Assembly: GCA_963828735.1 (NCBI GenBank)
Contig: CAWHFW010000005.1
Coordinates: 1,216,001-1,280,000, forward strand
Length of the DNA: 64,000 nucleotides
Direction: 5' to 3'
DNA from: an uncultured Gemmatimonadales bacterium
Lineage (GTDB): Bacteria > Gemmatimonadota > Gemmatimonadetes > Gemmatimonadales > GWC2-71-9
Position 1 is the stretch's first letter. The number at the start of each line of letters is the position of its first letter. Below, piece after piece: positions 50,776 through 60,844 of the stretch. Made by a program: the position numbers and the translations under genes. The notes beneath the pieces are model-generated. The model saw only the letters and a program-made list of their open reading frames with translations. It searched no databases and was not told the DNA's origin.

Positions 50776-51610
50776 GGCGACCGGAGGACGCACGGAAACG
50801 GTCAGCGTCCCGGGTGCGGCGCTCTTCGTCCGGCGTGTAGGCGAGGGCTCGCCGGTCGTGGTGCTGCACGGCGGCCCGGGCGCGGATCACGAGTACCTGC
50901 GGCCCGGTTTCGATGCGCTCGCGCAGGGCCGCGAGCTCATCTACTACGACCAGCGCGGCGGTGGGCGATCTCCGGTCGCCAGGAACGTTCCGGTCGGCTG
51001 GAGAGAGCAGGTGGCCGACCTCGAGGCGCTCCGCCGGCATTGGGGCCTCGAGCGGCTCACGGTGGCCGGCTATTCCTGGGGCGGGCTCCTGGCCGTCCTG
51101 TACGCGCTCGCGCATCCGGGCCGGGTGGGACGGTTGGCGCTCGTGTCACCCGCGCCCACGTGGCGGGCGGCGCGTGAAGGGTTCGAGGCCGCGTTCGCCC
51201 GGCGCAATCTGGATCCTGCATTTCAGGAGGAGCGCCGCCAGCTCCGTGAGAGCGGTCTCCGCGAACGGGACCCTGCGGCGTTCCAGCAGCGCATCTTCGA
51301 GCTGTCGGTCGCCGCATATTTCTTCGATCCGTCCAAGGCCCGCGATCTCACGCCGTTCCGCGTGATCGGACGTACCCAGCAGGAGGTGTGGCAGAGCCTC
51401 GGCGACTACGACCTCCGCCCGCGGCTGCCGGAGCTCGCGGGCACCCCGATCCTCATTCTTCACGGGGAGGAGGATCCGATCCCGATCGAGGCGGCGCGAA
51501 CGGCGGCAGATCTGCTCGGCGCGACATTCCACCCCGTCCCACGCTGCGGCCACGTGCCGTATGTCGAGGCATTCGACACGTTCCGGACGGTGGTGGGCGA
51601 CTTTCTCTGA
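50768..51610 (+). CDS. Alpha/beta hydrolase (proline iminopeptidase-like)
   Basis: HGGPG, YDQRGGGRS, GYSWGG, GEED, CGH. Confidence 0.88.
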   Translation: MGEATGGRTETVSVPGAALFVRRVGEGSPVVVLHGGPGADHEYLRPGFDALAQGRELIYYDQRGGGRSPVARNVPVGWREQVADLEALRRHWGLERLTVAGYSWGGLLAVLYALAHPGRVGRLALVSPAPTWRAAREGFEAAFARRNLDPAFQEERRQLRESGLRERDPAAFQQRIFELSVAAYFFDPSKARDLTPFRVIGRTQQEVWQSLGDYDLRPRLPELAGTPILILHGEEDPIPIEAARTAADLLGATFHPVPRCGHVPYVEAFDTFRTVVGDFL

Positions 51611-51675
51611 CGGCCGGTACCGGCCTTCATTCGGGACGACGGCCCGGCCCTGTCCGTTCCGGCTATCTTCCCCCC

Positions 51676-52344
51676 ATGTCCCGTCCTACCCCCTTCGATC
51701 TCGTCTTTGCCCGCACCGCGGACACCGTCTTCCCCAGCATCCGCGCGGCGCTCGAGCGGCTGGGGCACAACGCCGCGGACCGCGACGCCTTCCTCATGAT
51801 CCCGGAGGTCGTGACGCTGCTTCACGATCTCAGGCCCGAGGACGGGCTCGGAGATGGCATGGACCAGCTGGTGGCCCTGGTCCACCACGCCTACCTGCTC
51901 TGGGACGCGGGCGCGCTCACACTGCCACTTTCGGCCGAGCGCCTCGCGGGCCTGCTCGACGCACAGGCGCCTCCGTCGGCCGCGCAGGACGAGCCGCCGC
52001 GCGCCTACTACGCCCAGCTCGAGGATCGGCAGGTCTGGGCCCGGGTGGTGGACGACCTTCCCGCCGAGCCCATGGACGGCTGCTTCGTTCACACCAGCGG
52101 CGCCCAGCTCCGGGTGCTCGGGATCTTCGGCTTGCGGCCCGAGCGGGAGGGATTCAGCGCGGTCGAGACCGCGGGGCCGAGGCCGGTCGCGCTCGAACGA
52201 CCCGATGGCACGCCATTGTTCTCGCCGGTGCTCGCCGGCGGGCAGGCCGCGGGGCTCTACTCGCTCGTCGGGGGCGAGGAGCTGCTCGAGCTCGGGTGGC
52301 GGACCCGCGCGCTGGCCAACTCGCTGTCCGCTCCCGCGCGATGA
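51676..52344 (+). CDS. Hypothetical protein
   Basis: Coding-like ORF that overlaps the polX start (ATGA). No recognised motif. Confidence 0.7.
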   Translation: MSRPTPFDLVFARTADTVFPSIRAALERLGHNAADRDAFLMIPEVVTLLHDLRPEDGLGDGMDQLVALVHHAYLLWDAGALTLPLSAERLAGLLDAQAPPSAAQDEPPRAYYAQLEDRQVWARVVDDLPAEPMDGCFVHTSGAQLRVLGIFGLRPEREGFSAVETAGPRPVALERPDGTPLFSPVLAGGQAAGLYSLVGGEELLELGWRTRALANSLSAPAR

Positions 52345-54089
52345 CCGACGCCGTACGCAGCTTCATGGACAAGAAGGCGGTCGCGCAGGTGCTCGACCAG
52401 ATCGCCGCCTTTCTCGAGCTCAAGGGCGAGAATCCGTTCCGCATCCGTGCCTTCCGCACGGCCGCGCGCGCGGTCGGCAGCTTCTCGGGTGACCTGCGCG
52501 AGGGCCTGGAGGAGGGGAGCCTGGCCGGGACGAAGGGCGTCGGGCCCGCCACACTCCAGATCGTGGCCGAGATCGTGGCGACCGGCCGAGCCAGCATGCT
52601 GGAGGACCTGCGCGAGCAGATCCCCCCCGGCCTGGTGGAGATGCTCGCGATCTCCGGCCTCGGCGTCGCGAAGATCCGGCAGATCCATGACGTGCTCGAC
52701 ATCGACTCGGTCCCCGAGCTCGAGGCGGCCGCGCTCGACGGCAGGCTGTCGAAGCTTCCTCGCTTCGGGCCCAAGACGAGCGAGAACATCCTCAAGGGCA
52801 TCGCCTATCTTCGCCACGCGAGCGCCTTCCGCCTGCTGCACCACGCCGCGGACGAGGCCGAGGGACTGCGCGCGGCCCTCGAGCGGATGTCCGGGGTGGT
52901 TCAGGCCGTCGTCGCCGGCGACGTGCGCCGCCGCGCCGAGATCGTGCGGGATCTCGTGCTCGTGCTCGCGGCCGACGTGACGCCGGGCGAACTGTTCAAG
53001 CGGCTGAGCCAACTTCCCGGCGTCCACGAGTTCGCTGGGCAGGACGACCGCCGGATCACGCTCCGGTTCGCCGGAGGAGCGAGCGCCCAGATCGTGGTCA
53101 CCACGCCGGTCAACTTCGGCGCGGTGCTGGCCCAGGCCACCGGGGCGGAAGCGCATCTGCGTGATCTGGCCGCGCACGCCGCCGGCCGCGACTTCGCGCT
53201 CACTGGCGCGGCGCTCTGGCGCGGCTCCGCCTTCGTGCCGACCCCCGACGAGCGGAGCTTCTACACCGCGCTCGGACTGGACTTCATCGAGCCCGAGCTG
53301 CGCGAGGGCCAGGGCGAGGTGGCGGCGGCCGTCGAGCACCGGCTGCCGACGCTGCTCGAGCGCGGCGATCTCCAGGGCGTGCTGCACTGCCACACGCGGT
53401 ACTCGGACGGCTCCAACACGGTCGAGGAGCTGGCGCTGGCATGCCGCGACGCGGGCTACGGCTATGTAGGTATCACCGACCACAGCCAGGCCGCCGCGTA
53501 CGCCGGCGGCCTCAGGGCCGACGATCTGGCTCGCCAAGCCGACGAGATCGACGAGGTGAACGGCCGGCTGGAGGGTGTCCGGGTGCTCAAGGGTGTCGAA
53601 GCCGACATTCTGCAGGACGGCCGCATCGACTTCGACGACGCCGTGCTCGCGCGGCTGGACTTCGTCATCGCCTCGATCCACACCCGGTTCAACCTGGGCG
53701 AGCGCGAGATGACGGCGCGCATGCTGGCCGCGATGGACAATCCCCACCTCACCATCATCGGCCACCCGACCGGCCGACTGCTGCTCTCACGCGATCCCTA
53801 CGGGCTGGACCTCGACGCGGTGATCGAGAAGGCGGCTGCGACCGGAATCGCGCTCGAGATCAACGCCGATCCGCACCGGCTCGACCTCGACTGGCGAAGG
53901 GTCCGCCAGGCGCGCGACCGCGGGGTCGCCATCTCGATCGGCGCCGACGCCCACAACGTCGCCGGCATTGCCAACGTGGAGTACGGCGTGGCCACGGCGC
54001 GGAAAGGGTGGGTGGCGGCCGCCGACGTCCTCAACACGCTTCCGGCGGAGGGCTTTCTCGCGCGAGCGGCGCGCCGGCGGCAGGGATGA
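52341..54089 (+). CDS. polX: DNA polymerase X / PHP 3'-5' exonuclease (non-canonical polymerase site)
   Basis: [10 protein letters not shown], HhH motifs, IEPELRE. PHP motifs HCH, TDH, GVE, GHP, EIN, DAH. Confidence 0.92.
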   Translation: MTDAVRSFMDKKAVAQVLDQIAAFLELKGENPFRIRAFRTAARAVGSFSGDLREGLEEGSLAGTKGVGPATLQIVAEIVATGRASMLEDLREQIPPGLVEMLAISGLGVAKIRQIHDVLDIDSVPELEAAALDGRLSKLPRFGPKTSENILKGIAYLRHASAFRLLHHAADEAEGLRAALERMSGVVQAVVAGDVRRRAEIVRDLVLVLAADVTPGELFKRLSQLPGVHEFAGQDDRRITLRFAGGASAQIVVTTPVNFGAVLAQATGAEAHLRDLAAHAAGRDFALTGAALWRGSAFVPTPDERSFYTALGLDFIEPELREGQGEVAAAVEHRLPTLLERGDLQGVLHCHTRYSDGSNTVEELALACRDAGYGYVGITDHSQAAAYAGGLRADDLARQADEIDEVNGRLEGVRVLKGVEADILQDGRIDFDDAVLARLDFVIASIHTRFNLGEREMTARMLAAMDNPHLTIIGHPTGRLLLSRDPYGLDLDAVIEKAAATGIALEINADPHRLDLDWRRVRQARDRGVAISIGADAHNVAGIANVEYGVATARKGWVAAADVLNTLPAEGFLARAARRRQG

Positions 54090-54754
54090 GGGCCAAGGCT
54101 CGTCGACGCCCGGGGCGGACTCGCGACGCCGCGGTGCGCGCCCCCGAGATCCTGACACGCCTGCGCGCGGCCTACCCGGACGCGCGGTGCGCGCTCGACT
54201 ACGGGAACGCCTTCGAGCTGCTCTGCGCGACGATCCTCTCCGCGCAATGCACCGACGCGCGCGTGAACATGGTCACGCCAGTGCTTTTCGCGGCGTATCC
54301 GACCGCCGAGAGGCTCGCGCGGGCTTCCCAGCCAGACGTCGAGGAGATCATCAAGTCTACCGGCTTCTTCCGAAACAAGACCCGAAGCCTGATCGGCATG
54401 GCGCAAGCGCTCGTGGCCGACCACGGCGGCGAGGTCCCCGGCACGATGGACGAGCTGTTGACGCTGCCGGGCGTCGGCCGCAAAACCGCGAACGTGATCC
54501 TGGGCAATGCCTACGGTCTCAACGAAGGGATCACCGTCGACACCCACGTCACGCGCCTGAGCCGCCTGCTGGGACTCACCCGCCACGACGACCCCGTCAA
54601 GATCGAACAGGACCTGATGCGGCTCTTCCCGCGGGACCATTGGGCGCTGCTGTCGCACCTGCTCATCTTCCACGGGCGACAGATCTGCATCGCCCGGCGG
54701 CCGAGATGCGGCGAGTGTGTGCTATCCGACATCTGTCCGTCCTCGACCGTCTAA
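54086..54754 (+). CDS. nth: Endonuclease III
   Basis: [25 protein letters not shown]-x6-C-x2-C-x5-C Fe-S motif. Confidence 0.95.
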   Translation: MRAKARRRPGRTRDAAVRAPEILTRLRAAYPDARCALDYGNAFELLCATILSAQCTDARVNMVTPVLFAAYPTAERLARASQPDVEEIIKSTGFFRNKTRSLIGMAQALVADHGGEVPGTMDELLTLPGVGRKTANVILGNAYGLNEGITVDTHVTRLSRLLGLTRHDDPVKIEQDLMRLFPRDHWALLSHLLIFHGRQICIARRPRCGECVLSDICPSSTV

Positions 54755-54924
54755 GCTCTCGCTGGGCAAGGAATTTGCCGTCTGGGCCGTCGGGCGTCAC
54801 GATTTCTCAGGATTCCCGCATCTATATTGCCGATCGGCGTTGCCGATCCCCGGTGGGATGAGCGGCGGTGGCGGTCTTGCCAAAACCTTAGAGCACAGAG
54901 GGTTAGTGTGCCTTTGAGCGGGGC

Positions 54925-56211
54925 GTGAGACAGTACGACGAAATTCCGCCTCCCGGGGCAGTTCTGGCCCAGCAGGCGCGTTCGCGTCCAGTGCGGGAAC
55001 TGAGCGAGCGGACGTCCGCCCCGATCGTGGCGGATCCCCCGACCCGCCGCATTCTGGTCGTGGCGCCCCAGCCGTTTTACCAGGACCGGGGGACGCCGAT
55101 TGCCATTCGCCAAGTGCTGCTGGCCTTGAGCGAACTGGGGCGTTCGGTAGATGTCCTGACGTATCCTATCGGGATGGGCGTGGACATCCCCGGCGTCCGC
55201 ATCTTCCGGTCGGCCAACCCGCTGCGCTTCGAGTCGGTGTCGATCGGCCTGTCGGCTCGCAAGGTCGTGCTCGACCTGACACTCACCATGGCGCTGCGCT
55301 CACTGCTGGCTCGGGAGCGGTACGCCTGTGTGCACGCCGTGGAGGAGGCGGCCTTTCCCGCCGCGATCTTTGCTCGCCAGCGTGGGATTCCCCTGCTGTA
55401 CGACATGCAGTCGAGCATGGCCGAACAGCTGAGCCAGCTCGGCCCGCTGAACCTGCGCCCCACCCGCTGGATGCTCGGGGTCGCGGAGCGGTGGCTGTTG
55501 ACCCATTCGGACATCGTGGTGACCAGCGCCGGACTGGCCCCACGAGTCCGCCGCATGGTGCCTCAATCCACCGTGCGCGAATGGCACTTCCCCAGCGCGC
55601 CGACAGGTGCCGATCCTAGAGAGGTGGCGCGTCTTCGCCAGAGCCTCGGCCTTGGCCCCCGCGATCGCGTCGTGCTGTACAGCGGGACGTTCGAGGCCTA
55701 TCAGGGCCTGCCCGAGCTGATCGGCGCCATTCCGCTGGTGCGTCAGCGCGTCCCCGAGGTCACCTTCGTGTTCGTCGGCGCCGAACCCAGCGAGCCCGAG
55801 CTGGCCACCGCGGCCCCCCATATCGAGTCCGGCGCGCTTCGCGTGCTGGACCGGCAGCCCCGCCATGAGATGCCGGCCTTCCTCGCGATGGCCGATGTGT
55901 TGGTTTCCGCCCGCGCGTACGGCGGCAATCTTCCGCTCAAGATCTTCGACTATCTCGCGGCGAGCAGGCCGATCGTCGCGACCGATATCCCCACGCACCG
56001 CACCGTGCTGTCGGAGGAGCGCGCGGTGCTGGTCGCGCCCCGGACTGAGGCGCTCGCGGAGGGCATTCTCGGCGTGCTGGCGGACCCCGAGCGCGCCCAG
56101 CGGCTGGCCGCCGCCGGGCGCCAGTACGCGAAGACCCACCTCGGCTGGGGCCGATTTGTCCAGGCAGTCTCCGAGCTGTACGACGACGTGGAGCGGCATG
56201 CCGTCGCCTGA
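54925..56211 (+). CDS. GT4-family glycosyltransferase
   Basis: APQPFYQDRGTP, YSGTFEAYQG, PLKIFDYLA..RPIVAT. True start may be the GTG at 55027. Confidence 0.88.
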   Translation: MRQYDEIPPPGAVLAQQARSRPVRELSERTSAPIVADPPTRRILVVAPQPFYQDRGTPIAIRQVLLALSELGRSVDVLTYPIGMGVDIPGVRIFRSANPLRFESVSIGLSARKVVLDLTLTMALRSLLARERYACVHAVEEAAFPAAIFARQRGIPLLYDMQSSMAEQLSQLGPLNLRPTRWMLGVAERWLLTHSDIVVTSAGLAPRVRRMVPQSTVREWHFPSAPTGADPREVARLRQSLGLGPRDRVVLYSGTFEAYQGLPELIGAIPLVRQRVPEVTFVFVGAEPSEPELATAAPHIESGALRVLDRQPRHEMPAFLAMADVLVSARAYGGNLPLKIFDYLAASRPIVATDIPTHRTVLSEERAVLVAPRTEALAEGILGVLADPERAQRLAAAGRQYAKTHLGWGRFVQAVSELYDDVERHAVA

Positions 56212-57163
56212 GGCGGCGCGTCGGACCGCGTCGGTCATCATCCCGGCCCGCAACGAATCCCACACCATCGCGCGGCTGATCCGGACCGTGCTCGAACAAA
56301 CCCCACCCGGCTGGACCACCGAAGTCCTGCTCGTCGACGACGGTTCCACCGACGATACCGCCGCCGTCGCCCGCGCGGCCGGTGCCCGCGTACTGGAACT
56401 GGGCTCGCGCGCCGGCGGTGGCAACCCCGCGGTCGCCCGGAATCGCGGAGCCCTGGCCGCAACCGGCGATCCCTTGATCTTCCTCGATGCGGATTGCCTG
56501 CCGGCGCCCGGCTGGCTCTCCCGTCTGCTCGCGGGCCATGAGGTCGGCGCGGCGGTTGTGGGCGGCTCACTCGACCTGCCGAGCGGCCTCTCGCCGATGG
56601 CCCGGTGCGATTACTACTGCGGCTGGTACCACGTTCACTCGCGCCGGCCAGCCGGCGAGGTACCCAATCACCCGCCGGGCAACGTGAGCGTTCGTCGCGC
56701 GGACTTCGCGGCCACGACGGGGTTCACGGAGCAGCAGCCGGTGGCCTACGCGCACGAAGAACTCGCCTGGCAGGCGGCCGTGCTTCGCCGTGGCGGCCGT
56801 ATCGTGTTCGATCCTCAGGCGGTCGTCTATCACTACAATCGCCCGGGCTTCCGCAATCTGCTCCGACGCAACTACCGGTGGGGATTCAGCGCCATCGAGA
56901 GCAAGGCACCGACCGGTGCGGCTCGTGCGGCCTGGGTGTACCGCTATCCCGCGGTGCTCGTGGCCGCGAGCGTCCCCCTGGCGCTGGGTAGCGCCGCCTA
57001 TATCGTGGCCTGCTGGGTCCGGGCGGGCAGGCTCGAGCCGGTCCTGATGCTGCCGTGCGTGCTTGCCGCGCGCGTGGCGTACTCGGCGGGCTTGGTAGCT
57101 GGCGCCGTCCGGTGGATGCGGTTCGGGACCGCGGCCGCGGAGGCGCGCCCGCGATGGGAGTGA
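56198..57163 (+). CDS. GT2-family glycosyltransferase
   Basis: SVIIPARNE, VDDGSTD, ARNRG, FLDADC. C-terminal TMs. Confidence 0.9.
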   Translation: MPSPEAARRTASVIIPARNESHTIARLIRTVLEQTPPGWTTEVLLVDDGSTDDTAAVARAAGARVLELGSRAGGGNPAVARNRGALAATGDPLIFLDADCLPAPGWLSRLLAGHEVGAAVVGGSLDLPSGLSPMARCDYYCGWYHVHSRRPAGEVPNHPPGNVSVRRADFAATTGFTEQQPVAYAHEELAWQAAVLRRGGRIVFDPQAVVYHYNRPGFRNLLRRNYRWGFSAIESKAPTGAARAAWVYRYPAVLVAASVPLALGSAAYIVACWVRAGRLEPVLMLPCVLAARVAYSAGLVAGAVRWMRFGTAAAEARPRWE

Positions 57164-58314
57164 CCAACGGCGGGCCGCTCGTTTCCGTCGTGATGCCGTG
57201 CCTCAATGAGGAAGAGGCCATTGGGCCGTGCATCGAGAAGATCCAGCGGACCTTCGCCACCGCATCGCTGGAGGGCGAGATCGTAGTGTGCGACAACGGC
57301 TCGACCGACTCCTCGGTCGCCATCGCCGAGCGAATGGGCGCCCGCGTCGTTCACCAGCCGCTTCGGGGATACGGCAACGCCTACCTCAAGGGCTTCGCGA
57401 GCGCCCGCGGCCGCTACCTCGTCATGGGCGATGCCGACGACACGTACGACTTCACGATGATCCCTCAGTTCGTCCACGCGCTCGACGCGGAGCGATTCGA
57501 GTTCGTGACCGGGAGCCGGTACCTCGCGGGCGGCGACGAGAACATCACCGCTCTCCACCGGTACTTCGGCAACCCCGCGCTGACCCGGATCCTGAACCTG
57601 CTGTTCGGTACCCGGTACACGGACGTCTACTGCGGCTTCCGCGCGTTCCCGCGCGCCACGTACGAGACGATCCGGCCGGTGAGCCCGGGCATGGAGTTCA
57701 ACCTGGAGCTGGCGATCAACGCCGGTCTTGCCGGCCTCCGGACGAAGGAAATCCCGATCGTCCTCGCGCCGCGCAAGGGTGAGTCCAAGCTCCGGACATT
57801 CCGCGATGGCTGGCGCAGCCTTCGCATGATGCTGCTCTATTCGCCGAACAAGCTCTTCCTGGCGCCGGGCGCCACACTTCTGGGCCTCGGGCTGCTGATC
57901 CACCTCGCCGTGCTGGCCGGCGTCGTGCGGTTCGGCGGGCGGCCGGCTTCAGGCGTCACCGCCGTGTTCGCGACGATCTTCAGCGTCGTCGGGTTCGAGA
58001 TCCTCAGCCTGGGTCTCCATGCGAAGACCTATTCGTGGAGCCGGCGGTTCGACCGGGACAACCGCGCACTCGCTTCCTTCTACCGGCACTTCACATTGGA
58101 GACCGGCCTGCTGCTCGGGGCCGCCCTGGTGGCCGGCGGCGGCGCGATCCTGGTGGCGATTCTGATCGAGTGGTTCCGTTCGGACTTGCTTCCGCTGCCG
58201 CATCCCGAGTGGGTCTCGTTCGCGGCGACCCTCGTAATCATCGGGTGCAGCACGCTGTTCTCGTCGCTGTTCATCTCCGCCATGTCCATGAGCCGGCCCC
58301 AGGACGCTGCGTGA
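57154..58314 (+). CDS. GT2 polyprenol-phosphate glycosyltransferase (DPM1-like) with C-terminal TMs
   Basis: SVVMPCLNEE, DNGSTD, GYGNA, GDADDTY, GSRY, CGFRAF, SKLRTFRDGWR. Confidence 0.9.
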   Translation: MGVTNGGPLVSVVMPCLNEEEAIGPCIEKIQRTFATASLEGEIVVCDNGSTDSSVAIAERMGARVVHQPLRGYGNAYLKGFASARGRYLVMGDADDTYDFTMIPQFVHALDAERFEFVTGSRYLAGGDENITALHRYFGNPALTRILNLLFGTRYTDVYCGFRAFPRATYETIRPVSPGMEFNLELAINAGLAGLRTKEIPIVLAPRKGESKLRTFRDGWRSLRMMLLYSPNKLFLAPGATLLGLGLLIHLAVLAGVVRFGGRPASGVTAVFATIFSVVGFEILSLGLHAKTYSWSRRFDRDNRALASFYRHFTLETGLLLGAALVAGGGAILVAILIEWFRSDLLPLPHPEWVSFAATLVIIGCSTLFSSLFISAMSMSRPQDAA

Positions 58315-59936
58315 CCGCGGGCCGGGCGCCGTGGCTGGTGCTCGCCGTGATGCTCGTCTTGCTCGGGATCGTCGGACTTCGCGCCCGAGCGGCCCTGCGT
58401 CCGGGCCTCTGGGCCGACGAGATCTTCTCCCTTGCGATGGCGACCGGCCATAGCCTGGAACACCCCGCCGCCGTGGCCGACTCGCTCCACGGTGACTTCG
58501 TACAACCTGCCGGCGCCGAGCCTCCGCGGGTGTTCCGCCGGTATGCTGAGCTCGACGACACTCCGGCCGGGCCGTCTCGCGTGATCCGCGCGGTCCTCCT
58601 GTCCGATACGAGTCCCCCCCTCTACTACCTCTTGCTCAACTTGTGGGTTCGGGGGACCGGCACGTCGGACGCTGCCCTCCGCCTCTTCTCCGTCCTGTGG
58701 GCCACGCTCGCGCTACCGTTGTTGTGGCTGGTTGGACGCGACATGGGGGGGCCACGTGCCGGCTGGTCGGCTTGCCTGTTGTTCTCCTTCTCCCCGGTCG
58801 CGTCGTACTACTCCCTCGAAGGCCGGATGTACTCGCTGCTCTGGCTTCTTGCCCTGGCCTTGACGTGGCTCACCCTTCGCCTCGAGGAAGAGCGCGGCGC
58901 TCCGTGGGCGGCTCTCTGGGTGCTGACCGCGGCCGCGGGATTGCTGACGCACTACTTCTTTGCCTTCGTCTGGGCCGCGAGCGTCGCGTGGCTGTGGATG
59001 GGAGCACCCGGAGTCCGCCGCCGGGCCACCATCCTCGCCGCCGTCACGATGCTCGTAGTACTCCCGTGGTACGTCCTGGTGCCGGCTAGCATCGCGCGCT
59101 GGCGCATCACCGGCGGCTGGCTCGACGGCGCGCTCGCGTGGCCGGGCGCTCTGTCGCGCCCGCTCGCGTTGGCCGGCACGCTCGTGGGCGGCATGTCCGA
59201 GCTGGGCGGGTGGCAGTGGGCGGATGTGGTAGCGATGGCGACCGGAGCGGCGATCGTGTTCGAGCTGGTGCGCCGAGGATCCGGCGGCCGCGCCTTTTCG
59301 CGACCGGCCGGGTTGCTTTGGCTCTCGCTGGCAGGGGCCTGCGTCGGACCGCTCGTCTTCGACCTGCTCCGTCATACGATGGTGTCGACGATACCACGGT
59401 ATGCCCTACCCGGCCTGCCGGCGGCTCTGCTGCTGATCGCGGTCGCCATCACGAGCCTGCCGGGGCGGCTCCAGATGGCCGCCCTGGGCGTAATCCTCGC
59501 TGCGTGGCTGCCCGGCACCTGGAAGGTCGTGAGGACGCGCGTGCCCCGACCAGGCCAGCCGTATGCCGCGGTGGCGAAACGGCTCGAGGCCTGGGCCCAA
59601 CCCGGCGATGTCGTGCTCGTTCACTCGATCCCATCGGGCGTCATCGGAGTCGCGCGCTACCTCAAGCGCGACGTCCCGCTCGCCCCGTGGATCACCCAAC
59701 TGGGAACCCGCCACGTGCCGGAGGACCTCGAGCACGTGCTGCATGGCCGGCGCCGCGTCGCCGTGGTCTCCATCCACTCGCTTGGCCCGGACCCCGTCGA
59801 GCCCTGGCTCCGCGCGCACGCCCGGCTGCTCGGACGCGAGCGCTTCCGATGGTCCACGGCGACGCTGGTCTTCTTCGCTCCGGCGGCCGGTGAGACGTTC
59901 GTCACCAACACCGACGTGGCCGCGCGATGGGAATGA
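58311..59936 (+). CDS. GT-C fold membrane glycosyltransferase (PMT/ArnT-like)
   Basis: LWADE, PPLYYLLL, LRLFSV, EGRMY, LTHYF. Many TMs. Confidence 0.82.
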   Translation: MTAGRAPWLVLAVMLVLLGIVGLRARAALRPGLWADEIFSLAMATGHSLEHPAAVADSLHGDFVQPAGAEPPRVFRRYAELDDTPAGPSRVIRAVLLSDTSPPLYYLLLNLWVRGTGTSDAALRLFSVLWATLALPLLWLVGRDMGGPRAGWSACLLFSFSPVASYYSLEGRMYSLLWLLALALTWLTLRLEEERGAPWAALWVLTAAAGLLTHYFFAFVWAASVAWLWMGAPGVRRRATILAAVTMLVVLPWYVLVPASIARWRITGGWLDGALAWPGALSRPLALAGTLVGGMSELGGWQWADVVAMATGAAIVFELVRRGSGGRAFSRPAGLLWLSLAGACVGPLVFDLLRHTMVSTIPRYALPGLPAALLLIAVAITSLPGRLQMAALGVILAAWLPGTWKVVRTRVPRPGQPYAAVAKRLEAWAQPGDVVLVHSIPSGVIGVARYLKRDVPLAPWITQLGTRHVPEDLEHVLHGRRRVAVVSIHSLGPDPVEPWLRAHARLLGRERFRWSTATLVFFAPAAGETFVTNTDVAARWE

Positions 59937-60796
59937 CTTCAGCTCCGGGTTATGTTAGCGGCATGCCGACCGCCTCGGCGCCTATCACCACGATTCGGCC
60001 GCCGAAGGGGTGGGCGCCGCTCGACCTGCGCGAATTCGCCGGCGCGCACGAGCTGCTGTACTTCCTCGTGCTTCGCAATCTCAAGCTCCGGTACAAGCAA
60101 ACTCTGCTCGGCGCGGCGTGGGCCGTGCTTCAGCCGCTCCTCGCGATGGCGATCTTCTCCGTGATCTTCGGCCGGCTCGCGCGACTCGGATCGGACGGAC
60201 TTCCGTACGAAGTATTCGCGCTCGCCGCGCTGACTCCGTGGACCTACTTCGCCAACGCCCTCACCCAGGCAGGCAACAGCCTGGTGGACCAGCACCAGCT
60301 GCTGACCAAGGTCTATTTCCCGCGCATCCTGCTTCCGCTCGCCGCGGTACTGGCCGGCCTCGTGGACCTCGCGATCTCGCTCGTGCTTCTGCTCGTGGTA
60401 CTCGCCTGGTTTCACATCACGCCCACGCCGCGCCTGTTCGCGGCGCCGATCTTCATCGCCCTCGCGACCGCCGCGGCGTTCGCCCCCGGGATCTGGCTGG
60501 CCGCGTTCAACGTCCGGTACCGGGATGTGCGCTATGCGATCCCGTTCCTGGTCCAGATCTGGCTGTTCGCCTCGCCGGTGGCCTACTCCGGGTCGCTGGT
60601 GCCCGAACGCTGGCGCGTGATCTACGGGCTCAACCCGATGGTCGGCGTCGTGAACGGATTCCGTTGGATGATCGCACCCGCTGCGCCATTTCCCGGGATG
60701 GAGCTCGCGGCGGCCACCGTCACAGTCGCGGCGCTCCTGGTTGCCGGCCTCTATGTCTTCCGGCGGATGGAGCAGTCGTTCGCGGATGTGGTCTAG
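59927..60796 (+). CDS. wzm: Polysaccharide ABC exporter permease Wzm
   Basis: LKLRYKQTLLG..WAVLQPL, KVYFPR, YRDV, LNPM. Start may be 59963. Confidence 0.9.
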   Translation: MGMTSAPGYVSGMPTASAPITTIRPPKGWAPLDLREFAGAHELLYFLVLRNLKLRYKQTLLGAAWAVLQPLLAMAIFSVIFGRLARLGSDGLPYEVFALAALTPWTYFANALTQAGNSLVDQHQLLTKVYFPRILLPLAAVLAGLVDLAISLVLLLVVLAWFHITPTPRLFAAPIFIALATAAAFAPGIWLAAFNVRYRDVRYAIPFLVQIWLFASPVAYSGSLVPERWRVIYGLNPMVGVVNGFRWMIAPAAPFPGMELAAATVTVAALLVAGLYVFRRMEQSFADVV

Positions 60797-60844
60797 AGTG
60801 GCAACTCATCGAGCCGGACCCGATCGCCCCCAGAGGGCATCGTG

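Noticed and set aside
54860..54882. ops/JUMPstart element or sigma-54 promoter ahead of the glycosyltransferase operon
   Set aside because: GGCGGTGG mismatches GGCGGTAG, there is no JUMPstart context, and the -24 context is poor in GC-rich DNA.
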